Assembly: GCA_965223005.1 (NCBI GenBank)
Contig: CBDCVK010000006.1
Span: 105,838 to 169,837, forward strand
Length of the DNA stretch: 64,000 nt
Direction of reading: 5' to 3'
Source: Terriglobia bacterium
Lineage (GTDB): Bacteria; Acidobacteriota; Terriglobia; JAJPHL01; JAPKYU01
In this document: positions 49,207 to 58,373 of the stretch, piece after piece
Position numbering within the stretch: position 1 is the stretch's first letter
Layout: every line of letters starts with the position of its first letter
The notes under the pieces: generated by a model
Seen by the model: only the letters and a program-made list of their open reading frames with translations
Told to the model about the DNA's origin: nothing
The model's database searches: none
Position numbers and translations under genes: made by a program

Positions 49207-50161
49207 CGTGTTCCCTCCGGATCGGTTCAATGAGCCAGCGGTTCTGTGGCGCGTCGTAACCTTCGACGAGCAGCGCTTCCTCCACGAACCGACGTCCCTC
49301 TCGCCGTGTCATGTGAATCACCATAGCGATGCCGTCCACCACGCCTCGGCAGGTGACCTCCCAGGGAAGCTCACCGCCGCCCTGCATGGCGCAACTGGCG
49401 ATGCGCGACAAGGCCGACTCGGCGTTGTTGGCGTGCACGGTCGTAAGCGACCCGCCGTGTCCGGTGTTCAAGGCTTGCAGCAGGTCCGCCGCCTCCCCGC
49501 CGCGCACCTCGCCCACGACGATGTGATCCGGGCGGTGGCGAAGCGCGTGGCGTACTAAATCCCGGATCGTCACCGCTCCTTCCTGCAACCCGCGAGCCTC
49601 GAAGCGGACGCAATTCGAGCGATCAATACGAAGCTCCAGGGTGTCCTCGATGGCGACGATTCGCTCGTCATCGGGTAGTAGTTCGATCAGCGCATTGAGC
49701 AAGGTGGTCTTGCCCGATCCGGTGCCGCCGGAAACCAGGATGTTGCGCCGCGAGTGCAACATCTGCTCCGCTTCCGCCCGCACGTTTTCGGGGAGTGCGC
49801 CTTGCCTCACGAGATCATCCGCCGAAAAAGACCGCTTCCCGAAACGGCGCACGGTGATCGCTACTTGAGGACTCGCGGGCGGAACACAGATCGCAACCCG
49901 CGAGCCGTCGTCCAGGCGCGCATCGATAATCGGCGAGCTCGCCGGGTCCAGGCCCAAAGGCCGGGCGATGTGGATGGCCGCCCGTAGGAGGGCCGATTCG
50001 TCCAGGCGCGGCGCGTCATGCGCCGTCAACCGCCCGGCCCGCTCGACCCAGACATTGAACGGCCCGTTAATCATGATCTCGCTGACTTCGGAATCCTCCA
50101 GGGCGCTTTCCAATCCCGGTAGAAATGGTTTCAGGTGTTCCAGTCCACTCGCGGAGCTCAT
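49196..50161 (-). CDS. virB11: VirB11/TrbB (CpaF-like) secretion ATPase
   Basis: SEIMING, GGTGSGKT, IEDTLEL, LRHRPDHIVVGEVRG, NTGH. Confidence 0.88.
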   Translation of the reverse strand: MSSASGLEHLKPFLPGLESALEDSEVSEIMINGPFNVWVERAGRLTAHDAPRLDESALLRAAIHIARPLGLDPASSPIIDARLDDGSRVAICVPPASPQVAITVRRFGKRSFSADDLVRQGALPENVRAEAEQMLHSRRNILVSGGTGSGKTTLLNALIELLPDDERIVAIEDTLELRIDRSNCVRFEARGLQEGAVTIRDLVRHALRHRPDHIVVGEVRGGEAADLLQALNTGHGGSLTTVHANNAESALSRIASCAMQGGGELPWEVTCRGVVDGIAMVIHMTRREGRRFVEEALLVEGYDAPQNRWLIEPIRREHDDG

Positions 50162-52269
50162 AATTGACCTGCTTCTTTCGCTCTCCAATACGAATGTTCG
50201 CGGGGCAGATAGTGAGGCTTGAGATAGACCCGTCGCGGCTCAAGCGACTGCGACCCGTCATAGGGCAGACAGATCGCTTGACAGTTCGAGAGCAGCGTGA
50301 AGTCTCGCGGGTGAAACACGGCCTCGCGTTGCTCCCGGAAAGACTTGGTCGCGCCGATGCTGCCGCCGCCTCCCCCGGCGCGGCCTGAGAGCGGGGAAAC
50401 TTCTGCCCGCTTGGAGGTCTCGCTGATCGTGTAGGATCCCTTGATCTTCGCCACCTGCCCGCACATTTCGCTTGCAATCTTGGCGCTGGCGTCGTCGCTG
50501 AGAGACAGGAAAATCCGTGTGCGGAGCGTCTGCAACAGCGACCGCCACGCTTCCGAGCTTCCCAACACAGATCGGAGCGAGGAAATAGATTGAGTGGCGA
50601 CAATCGGGATGCAGCGGCATTGCCGGGTCAGCGCAAAGGATTTCTCATCGCCCGATGGATCGTCCTCGCCCACCGAAGCGAAGGCTTGATATTCGTCACA
50701 GAGAAAGACGGCGGGCCGGAAACAGACCCCCGGCGACTCCTTCATCTTGGTCGGGCGCATGAGAAGCGCCTGTAGCCAGGCGTTTTTGAGCATCACGCCC
50801 ACGGCGCGGGCCAGCGCCGGGTTCGATCCGGCGGGCATGTTCAAGGCCAACACCTTGCCCCTTTCGATCAATTCATAGAGCGGGGGCAGGTGCCGCGGCC
50901 CTTCGACTCGTTCCTCTTCGACGGAAGGAATTGACGTGGGCGCGGCCTCCGGCTTCTTGTTCGGCTCCCGGGCTTCTTCCACGGCCCGCTTCGCGGCCCT
51001 GGCCTGAATTGCAATGGCTTGTGGATCGTCGGGGACTTCCGGCGGCCCCGGACAAAACACCTTCGCCACATCCGGCATATCGAACATGGCAAGGAACACC
51101 GAAACCCCCTCCACAATCGAGGACTTTACTTTGTTGTCCAGCGTTTGCCAGTCGTTGACAAACCAGCGCTTCACCGCCTCCACCCGTTCTCTCACGTCGT
51201 CTCCGGGTCCGGGGTCCCAAACCACCCGGCAGGTCAGCCTGAGTTCGTCCAGTTTTTCGAGTAGCGAGCGGCTGTAGACGGCTTGCTTTTCCTCCCGGCC
51301 CAGCGTCCCTTCCCATACCCATTCAGCCAGCTTCATTTTGTTCTCGCCTACTAGATCGGCCCGAACGAAAACGGTTCCCCTGTTCAACTCGTCGCTCCAC
51401 GCTTCGGCTTGCTCGATCTTGGCCGCGAAAAGCTCCGGGTCGATGGCGCAGCGGTAGACCTGCTGCAACGTCACCCACCGCTCCGGGAATATCCGGTGAA
51501 GCTCGATGATCCAGCGGACCAAGTTGGTATAGGCTTGCTGCCAGAACGGTTCCTTGCCCTTCCCGAACAACTGGTTGAGCAAGCTGGAAACGGTGTAGGC
51601 CAGCGAGTAGGAATCGAGCCACCAGGCCGAGAGCGGGTTCCATTGCCAGCGGCCCTTCATGCCAAGCTCGATGTAGTCTTTTCCACGGCCCGCCTCGATC
51701 AGGATTCGCCGGATATCGTGACAAAAATCTCCCTTGACTTCGAGCATGAGCGCCGCCGCCCGCATCTGTGGATTCGCCGCTTGCCAGCCGAGAAGCTGCT
51801 TAGCGAAGGGGTGCATACAAGCCGAGGTCTTCCCGGACCCGACGGCTCCGAAAATCGCCACGCCGGTATACAGCCCCCGCTCCGGGATGGTGAGCCAGGA
51901 GGGATTGAAAATCTCGCGCGCCTCCACCGGGTGATGTACCTCCCCGATCACGATGGCCGGGGCCTTCTGTCGGGGCGAAAGCGGCCAGGTCGGGAGCGCC
52001 CCAAAGGGCGCGAAATCCCGCCGCCGCGCTTCCAGCCAGACCTTCCAAACGGACATGAGAACGAGGCCCGCGAGCATGACGGCGACGAAAGGCGAAGCGT
52101 AGTACCAGAGCATCACCCAGCCGTAGAAGTTCGGGGTGTGATAGTCCATGAGATCGAGCAAGGGACTGTCCCCTAGCATGGGGAAGGGACGGCGGACAAA
52201 GCTCCACAGGGCGTACCCCAGCCCGCCGAAAAACAGAAGGATGTGAGGAATGAACCGCCTCCATTTCAT
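50158..52269 (-). CDS. virD4: Type IV coupling protein (VirD4/TraG-like)
   Basis: Two N-terminal TMs, GAVGSGKT, WNPL, LCDEYQ, ATQSISSL. Confidence 0.85.
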   Translation of the reverse strand: MKWRRFIPHILLFFGGLGYALWSFVRRPFPMLGDSPLLDLMDYHTPNFYGWVMLWYYASPFVAVMLAGLVLMSVWKVWLEARRRDFAPFGALPTWPLSPRQKAPAIVIGEVHHPVEAREIFNPSWLTIPERGLYTGVAIFGAVGSGKTSACMHPFAKQLLGWQAANPQMRAAALMLEVKGDFCHDIRRILIEAGRGKDYIELGMKGRWQWNPLSAWWLDSYSLAYTVSSLLNQLFGKGKEPFWQQAYTNLVRWIIELHRIFPERWVTLQQVYRCAIDPELFAAKIEQAEAWSDELNRGTVFVRADLVGENKMKLAEWVWEGTLGREEKQAVYSRSLLEKLDELRLTCRVVWDPGPGDDVRERVEAVKRWFVNDWQTLDNKVKSSIVEGVSVFLAMFDMPDVAKVFCPGPPEVPDDPQAIAIQARAAKRAVEEAREPNKKPEAAPTSIPSVEEERVEGPRHLPPLYELIERGKVLALNMPAGSNPALARAVGVMLKNAWLQALLMRPTKMKESPGVCFRPAVFLCDEYQAFASVGEDDPSGDEKSFALTRQCRCIPIVATQSISSLRSVLGSSEAWRSLLQTLRTRIFLSLSDDASAKIASEMCGQVAKIKGSYTISETSKRAEVSPLSGRAGGGGGSIGATKSFREQREAVFHPRDFTLLSNCQAICLPYDGSQSLEPRRVYLKPHYLPREHSYWRAKEAGQL

Positions 52270-52335
52270 GGGTCCGTCTCCCTTCCGTCATCGCCCCCGT
52301 TGGGGGCTGCTCCGAGCCTTCCCGCAGGGATCAAT

Positions 52336-52622
52336 GAGGACGATAGCGACCCCGCATGGGGCCGGATAGAGGCGTGGAACAGCGCGCCGCTATCGGGGCC
52401 ACATGACCCCCCGGTTTTCGGGGGGGTCGCTATCGTCCTCCCCGATTTTCCTGGATCGGCGCGGGTGAGTCCGATTAGCAGGGGAGAACCACAGCGGAAT
52501 GAGAGACATAAAGGAATGTGGCTTTGCCGCACCTTTAGCCAGAATCGTGCCACACCCCTCCCTCTGAGCGCGTGGCACTTAACATGCGGTCCTCAGTGGC
52601 ACAAAAACTCCCGGATTTGTGC
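52336..52622. other. Palindrome-rich intergenic region, candidate oriT or single-strand origin
   Basis: Perfect 18-bp IR at 52336-52353 / 52423-52440, GTGCCAC/GTGGCAC IR at 52547-52578, GCACAAA/TTTGTGC IR at 52599-52622. Confidence 0.5.
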
Positions 52623-52629
52623 GCTCTTT

Positions 52630-53574
52630 TCATCCGCCTTCGTCTCGCGCCGCAAACCGGGTGGCCCGCCACGTCGAATAGTTGTCAATCGAGACCCCTT
52701 CCGTCACTTTTGCCCCCGGAAGACTTTCGAGTTCCGCTCCTTTTTTCATTGCCGCGTTGAATCCCCCGTACTCGGCCAGGACTATCGGATCATTGGTTCT
52801 CAGTGCGGTGTCGATCCTCTTGATTTCCTCCGCCAACGTCCGCCCCTCCCCGGTCTCCTTCGCAGGGGCTGCGGCCCACACGCGGAGCACCCGCGCCGTC
52901 CGATCCACGGTTTCGTTTTCCGCCGCAATCCCGATCACCCGGACCTGCCGCCCCTTTTTGCGAAGCGCATCCCAAAGCCGCCCATGCGCGGCTCCCCAGG
53001 AGTGCAACTCCCGATCCGTTTGGTGGCCCGGATCGACGTAGGCGAAGATGACGGTTTCAGCGTCCCCGGCCAGGGGAAGTTTGAGCGCAAAGTAGCGTTT
53101 CTGCGCTCCCGCGGCGCCATAGTAAATTCGGCGCGGGATCAGCCGCCGCGATAGGCCGAGCCCGTCAAAAAACGCGACCTTCTCCGGCTCGGCAGGGAGC
53201 CAGTTCATGCCCGGATGCTCCAATACGAAATCGAGCGAGAGAAGGCGGCGCATCACCACCGGCGGATGGGCCTTGCGACGGTGGCGGATGTTCTCGACTC
53301 CCAACGCCCGATAGATCGGCTTGTTCGATATCCGGCACGTCCGCCCGCCGCCGTTGAACGTCACATGATCGCTTTCGACCGCCGCCCGGCGGTCAATCAG
53401 TGCCTTTACAAAGCGAAGCGCCTGCTTCCGATCTGTATTGAAGTAGTGACAGAATTGGGCGCGGGTGAAGACGCCGCTGTGCAGACACACGAGCGCGATC
53501 CACTCCGCCTCCGGCCCGGTCCAGCCGAGCGCTTCCAGCTTCTGTTCCCGCCCCCGCAAATGTTTGATCATCAT
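52630..53574 (-). CDS. Hypothetical protein with wHTH-like N-terminus (possible relaxosome or replication component)
   Basis: GVFTRAQFCHYF...ALRFVKALI, coupled to virB8 (ATGA), next to the candidate oriT. Confidence 0.65.
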   Translation of the reverse strand: MMIKHLRGREQKLEALGWTGPEAEWIALVCLHSGVFTRAQFCHYFNTDRKQALRFVKALIDRRAAVESDHVTFNGGGRTCRISNKPIYRALGVENIRHRRKAHPPVVMRRLLSLDFVLEHPGMNWLPAEPEKVAFFDGLGLSRRLIPRRIYYGAAGAQKRYFALKLPLAGDAETVIFAYVDPGHQTDRELHSWGAAHGRLWDALRKKGRQVRVIGIAAENETVDRTARVLRVWAAAPAKETGEGRTLAEEIKRIDTALRTNDPIVLAEYGGFNAAMKKGAELESLPGAKVTEGVSIDNYSTWRATRFAARDEGG

Positions 53575-54248
53575 GGATCGCCTGTGACTATCGCCCGATC
53601 CCCTTGCAGGTAGGTGATAACGATCCCCATAGGGTTGTGGACGATCAGGTCCGGCGGGATCTCATCGAGGAACTGGAATTGAAGCGAGAGGGTCCAGCGT
53701 TCCCGGCTTACTTCGTTTGCCATCGCCATCCGCACCAGGTCAAAATCGGCCGTCGCGCTATGGGGCTCCTGGGGGTTGGCCTGAATCCGCAAAACGACGC
53801 GATCCACTTGAAGCTCGTCCTTGGCCGCTCCCGCCGCGAGAAGGGCGATGTTCTGACTCTCAGCCCGAAACGAGGCGTTGGCGAGTTCGGTGGTCAGGAA
53901 GCGCAGACTGCGCGACCAGTTCTGTTGGACCGTGGCCCGCCGACGCGAGTAGAAGTCGTAAATAAAGCGATTGAGAAAGTATTTGGTGGTGGGGTCCAGC
54001 GGGTCGGCCTGGGCCTCCATCGCCTCGTAGGCGATGGCCTCCGCCCGGCCTACTTCATCGACCCTCACGACGATGGGGCGGGGCGGATCGACCGACACAA
54101 TACGAATGACGACGATGATGAGCAAGAGCAACCCGATTCCCAACCCGACCGAAAGCACCCGTAGATGACGGTTGGAGTGGATGGCCTCGCCCCATATTTC
54201 GGCGTACTCGGCTCCGGCGTCTTTGGCCTTGGTTCCGGGTCCGCTCAT
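53571..54248 (-). CDS. virB8: VirB8/TrbF
   Basis: Single TM, IVVRVDEVG, HNPMGIVIT. Confidence 0.85.
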   Translation of the reverse strand: MSGPGTKAKDAGAEYAEIWGEAIHSNRHLRVLSVGLGIGLLLLIIVVIRIVSVDPPRPIVVRVDEVGRAEAIAYEAMEAQADPLDPTTKYFLNRFIYDFYSRRRATVQQNWSRSLRFLTTELANASFRAESQNIALLAAGAAKDELQVDRVVLRIQANPQEPHSATADFDLVRMAMANEVSRERWTLSLQFQFLDEIPPDLIVHNPMGIVITYLQGDRAIVTGDP

Positions 54249-55243
54249 TTGATCCCTCCCGCGCCCGCCTTCGCCGCCGCCGCGCCTCCGGTGGCCGCAA
54301 CCGTTCCCGCCGTGGTCGCCATGCCCATGAGTCCGCTCCCGGTTGCTCCTGTGCTGGTGACGAGCATCGAGGCGAGTTCGCCGCACTTGAGGCTTGCCAG
54401 CATCCCGGCGACGAACAAGGGCACGACGGCGATCATCCACAAGCCCACGTCTATGAAGCTCTGCACGTCCAGGTTGGCATTCCCCAAGCTCGTGATGTAG
54501 GAGATTCCGACAGCGGAGAACACGCGCAGCACCGCTCCGGCAATCACGGCGTAGAGCGAGTAGGTAATCATCGCCCGGAACCATCCCCAGAACAGAAACG
54601 ACAGCGGCTCGAACACCAGAAACGGAATGAAGATCGGCCCCAAGATGATGAGGATGGCAAGCGCGATTTGAGCCCAGATCACTTGAGCGTAGGTGACGGC
54701 GGCCAACAGAAGCAGCATGAGAACCACGAACACAAACATTGCAAACCCCGCAACCGCCGTTATCGCGGCATGAATCCCGCCGGTGAGTAGGCCGAGCGTG
54801 TTCCCCGCTTGCGCCTGGGCCGCCTGGTTCGCCGCGAGAGAGCGAATGAGGTTCCCAAGCTCGGTCTGCATCGAATAGACGGCATCGCCGATCAGCAGTT
54901 CGTGAAGCCAATTTCCGCCCGCCGCAATCATCCCTGGGAAGGTGAAAGCCATCCCCGGAATGGTGGTGGTGTAGAACTGCAACATCACCCACGGTATCCA
55001 TAGCCCGATGACGACCCGCACCAGCTCCCACGGCTGAATGTTCCCGCTAAAGGCGATCTTTACCCCGTTCAACACCACAACGATGACGGCCAGCCCCCCC
55101 AAGAGCGCGTTTCCGGTGGCGAAAACCTCCCCTCCCGCCGCCGCGGTCAGGCCATCCAGAGCGACATCGAGGAACGACTTGAAGTCCCTCAGTTGTTCCG
55201 GAGAAAGGTGGGCCGGGATGTTGGGATCGAGTTGAATCTGCAT
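54245..55243 (-). CDS. virB6: VirB6/TrbL
   Basis: Polytopic membrane protein with LGPIFIPF..FLFWGW and an Ala/Gly-rich tail. Confidence 0.85.
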   Translation of the reverse strand: MQIQLDPNIPAHLSPEQLRDFKSFLDVALDGLTAAAGGEVFATGNALLGGLAVIVVVLNGVKIAFSGNIQPWELVRVVIGLWIPWVMLQFYTTTIPGMAFTFPGMIAAGGNWLHELLIGDAVYSMQTELGNLIRSLAANQAAQAQAGNTLGLLTGGIHAAITAVAGFAMFVFVVLMLLLLAAVTYAQVIWAQIALAILIILGPIFIPFLVFEPLSFLFWGWFRAMITYSLYAVIAGAVLRVFSAVGISYITSLGNANLDVQSFIDVGLWMIAVVPLFVAGMLASLKCGELASMLVTSTGATGSGLMGMATTAGTVAATGGAAAAKAGAGGIK

Positions 55244-55255
55244 CGGCGAAATGGA

Positions 55256-56170
55256 TTACTGGCCGTTCCCGCCGTAGGCCGGGTGAATCCGAAAGAGCAA
55301 CCCTTCCCGCATGGAATCGCGGCGGGCATCGAGCCCGGCCTGTTGCGCCGCGAAGGTGATCTCGGCGCGGCGCTGCGTCTCGATCCATCGAGCCAGCGCC
55401 TCCCGCCGGGCGATCTCGCGTTCGTAATCCTCTGCCGCCTCCTTCGCCGCCTGGAATGCCATCAACTGCGCCATAGCAGCGGTGAGGTTACCCTGCGTCA
55501 CTGTCCCGGCCACTTGTGATTGGGCCAGCGCGGTATTGGAAGTATTGGTGTTGTTTCGTAGTCCTTCGTAGGACTCCACGGCGTCGCGCGCCGCAATCAT
55601 GAGATTCGCCGCCGCATCGCTCATTGCGTGATCGAGCACCAGGCGCTTGTCGCCTTCCTCCCGCGCCGCGAGGTAGCCGCTGGCCGCCTGCGCCGCGATC
55701 TCCGGGCGATAGTCGTCGTACAGAGTGAGGATGTCGCTCTCGGTCACCGTGTCGGCGGCGGTGAGCCGCCCGCGCCAGGATTGGGTAAAGCTCTTGCCGG
55801 TTTCGCCCATCTGTTCGACCGACGCCGCAAGCTCCGCCGCCACGCCGGTAAAGTCGCTTTTCCACGATAGGCCCACGCCGATAAACTGCGCCGGTGCGGA
55901 TACCAATTCAGTGAACGGATCGGTGAGCGCGCCGACGCTGCCAAGCGCCTGATCTTTCAAGTGTGAGAACTGATCCGTCAGTTCGGTCAATTGGGTGTCC
56001 ATCGTCAGCTTGGCGATCTGCGCCTCGTAAATCTGGACGCCCTGATTGATGATCATCTGCGCCCGTTGAATGCCCGCCAGGATCGAGCCGAAGACGGCGT
56101 AGGCGGGCGTGGTGGTCAGCACGATCAGAAGCGGGATGACCACCGCTCCGGTAAAAATTCGGTGTTTCAT
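55256..56170 (-). CDS. VirB5/TrbJ-like secreted helical protein
   Basis: Signal peptide (…TTTPAYA), helical and Gln/Ala-rich, directly upstream of virB6. Confidence 0.6.
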   Translation of the reverse strand: MKHRIFTGAVVIPLLIVLTTTPAYAVFGSILAGIQRAQMIINQGVQIYEAQIAKLTMDTQLTELTDQFSHLKDQALGSVGALTDPFTELVSAPAQFIGVGLSWKSDFTGVAAELAASVEQMGETGKSFTQSWRGRLTAADTVTESDILTLYDDYRPEIAAQAASGYLAAREEGDKRLVLDHAMSDAAANLMIAARDAVESYEGLRNNTNTSNTALAQSQVAGTVTQGNLTAAMAQLMAFQAAKEAAEDYEREIARREALARWIETQRRAEITFAAQQAGLDARRDSMREGLLFRIHPAYGGNGQ

Positions 56171-57531
56171 TTCAGTCTCCTTTTTGCGGGCCGTGGAACC
56201 AGCACGTCGGAAGTGAACCAGACGCGAAGCCGGTGCCCGGCGCGAATGGTGATGGTGGGTAAACGATTCAAGAACCGCTGCAAGATTTGGGTGGCGCCTT
56301 GTCCGAGCCCCTGTCCGGCCCCTGCCCGGAAGCCCGCCACGCCGCCCTCGTAAGGGTTGCCGCCTTGCGCCGTGAGTCCGGCCAGGATGCCGACCGCCCC
56401 GACAGCGGCGAACATGGACAGGTAGTGGCGGTTCACCCGATCTTTCAAGGCTCCCTCGCCGAGTTGATTGAGCCCATGAAATTCCAGCGACACCCAACGC
56501 CCGTCGGGGTAGATCAAGCGGTGGAAACTCACGGCGAGCCGGGCTTGGTCCTGATTGGATACGGCCTGAGCCGTGCCAATGACCCGCGCCCCTCGCGGCA
56601 CCAGGATGCGCTGCCGGTCTGCCGAGTAAAAAGGCACCGAAACCACGGCCAGGACCGGGCCTGGGAAGTCACCGGAAAGCTGCGTGACCAGGGCCGCTTC
56701 CAAAAACGAGCCTTCATGGATGCGCTCCCAACCGGGGGGATCATCCGGTGCACCAACACGAGCCGGAGAAGAGTAATCCCGCGCCGGTGGGGGGCCCGCT
56801 GACGCCGTGGGAACGGCGGGCGCGGCCGCAGCGGTTGGTGTCCCTCTGAGTGCTTCGATAAACGCTCGGTCCGCCTGAGTCTCCGCCGCTACTTCATCTT
56901 CGAGGCCGGTCGTGACCGTCCCAATCGTGTCGAGGGCCTGTTCGAGCGCCGCCGCCCCTTCCGCTCTCATGGCATCGACCGGGCTTGCGGTTTCGGCCCT
57001 CTGCCCCTCGGACGACGCCCCCTCCCTGCCGTCCAGTTGCCGGTAGGTTTGTGCGACCGGCGAACTGCGAAGCGACCGGCTGCGCCGTTCGACCGCTTCC
57101 AGGCGCAAGCGTTCCCGGAGTTCCCATTCTTCCTCGGTATAGGGTTGCCCGGTGTCGGGACTCGGCCCGGCCAGGAGCATCGCTTCATCGACACTCACCC
57201 GCCCCGCGCCGATCCCGCCTCCGCTGGCGCCCTGTTGTCGTTGCTGCCGTCCCTGCTGCTGCAAAGCCCGCTCCGCCGCTTGTCGGCGCGTCGCGGCCCG
57301 AAGCGACTCTGCTTCCACTTGCGCGGCCATCTGATCGGCGAAGCTCCGAGCCGCCCCCTGTTCCGTCTCCGTGCCCGGCGCAAGCCCTGCTTCCTCACCG
57401 CCTCCGAAATAAATCCAGTACGTCAGGAACACGAGGACCAGAATGGTGATGATCCCGACGCCCCATTGAGTGACGATGCCGCCGGGCAGCGATCCCGCCG
57501 GTTTGGGGTACAGCCGCCGCCAGCCGATCAC
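56167..57531 (-). CDS. virB10: VirB10/TrbI
   Basis: EGSFLEAALVT, SGDFPG, LVPRGARVIG, PTITIRAG. GTGA overlap with virB9. Confidence 0.88.
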   Translation of the reverse strand: MIGWRRLYPKPAGSLPGGIVTQWGVGIITILVLVFLTYWIYFGGGEEAGLAPGTETEQGAARSFADQMAAQVEAESLRAATRRQAAERALQQQGRQQRQQGASGGGIGAGRVSVDEAMLLAGPSPDTGQPYTEEEWELRERLRLEAVERRSRSLRSSPVAQTYRQLDGREGASSEGQRAETASPVDAMRAEGAAALEQALDTIGTVTTGLEDEVAAETQADRAFIEALRGTPTAAAAPAVPTASAGPPPARDYSSPARVGAPDDPPGWERIHEGSFLEAALVTQLSGDFPGPVLAVVSVPFYSADRQRILVPRGARVIGTAQAVSNQDQARLAVSFHRLIYPDGRWVSLEFHGLNQLGEGALKDRVNRHYLSMFAAVGAVGILAGLTAQGGNPYEGGVAGFRAGAGQGLGQGATQILQRFLNRLPTITIRAGHRLRVWFTSDVLVPRPAKRRLK

Positions 57532-58370
57532 GGCCCGATCTCCGGCGCGGTGAAGCGCCACCGGACTTTTTGTTTGCCGATCTGCAACCAGCCGTCACCC
57601 AAAACGTAACGGGCGATAAACAGCCCGTCCTCGCCCAGATCGTAGGCCACCAGCGCCGGTTTCCCGTCCTTCTCTTCGTACAGTGCGGGCGACTCCTGGG
57701 CGTTGGCGCGAAGGTAGGTAAACCGCCCGTCGTGCCACATCCCTTCAACCAGAAACGGCCATTTCTTCGCCTTGCCCTCTAATCGGTAAGGGAACTTGAG
57801 GCGCGTGGGATACTCCGCCCGGAACGCCTCGGTTTCCCGCGCCGCAAGCGCCGTAACGTCGGCGATGCGGGAATCCGCGTCGACCTGTGCGGCCTTGGCC
57901 GTCTCGATGGCCGTTTCCGTCATCTGCTGATAGGCCGCAACCTGGGAGCGAGCGACAAAGGCCGGTTCGTGCCCGGCCGGTGAGATGCGCGGGTCGGCGT
58001 CCGCCTGCGCCTCGATGCGAACCACCAGGTGCGGATCTCCCGCACTTCGCTCGGTGACGAGGAACGAGTAGATGCGCCCCGACTCGCAAACCAGCGCGAC
58101 GTTGGTAGTCACGCCCTCGGCGATGGGTTTGAGGAAGGCCAGATTAGCGGCCCCGGTCAGGTGCCAGTACTCGGAATCTCCCACGACAAAATCCAGCACG
58201 TTTTCCGTCGCGGGAAGCACGATGACGGTGGTGTGCCGGGTCTTGGCCCGAACCTGAATGATTTGATCCTGGGCCTCGATGACGCGCAGGACCTGCCCGC
58301 CGTCCTGAGCGATCAGCGGCAAAGAAAAGGCTAGTAGCGCCGCCGTCACGAGTGGAATGATCTTCAACAT
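57528..58370 (-). CDS. virB9: VirB9/TrbG
   Basis: Signal peptide, GDSEYW, FLKP, TTN, DGRFTY, PALY. Confidence 0.87.
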   Translation of the reverse strand: MLKIIPLVTAALLAFSLPLIAQDGGQVLRVIEAQDQIIQVRAKTRHTTVIVLPATENVLDFVVGDSEYWHLTGAANLAFLKPIAEGVTTNVALVCESGRIYSFLVTERSAGDPHLVVRIEAQADADPRISPAGHEPAFVARSQVAAYQQMTETAIETAKAAQVDADSRIADVTALAARETEAFRAEYPTRLKFPYRLEGKAKKWPFLVEGMWHDGRFTYLRANAQESPALYEEKDGKPALVAYDLGEDGLFIARYVLGDGWLQIGKQKVRWRFTAPEIGP

Positions 58371-58373
58371 GAG

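Noticed and set aside
49196-50161. Tad pilus CpaF ATPase
   Set aside because: No tadB/tadC/flp genes. It is coupled to virD4 within a VirB cluster, so VirB11/TrbB is more parsimonious.
53571-55031. 486-aa version of virB8, and upstream extensions of virB5, virB2, the NTase, TPM, gap and pgk ORFs
   Set aside because: The extensions overlap upstream genes in another frame. Downstream starts with RBS or stop/start overlaps fit better.
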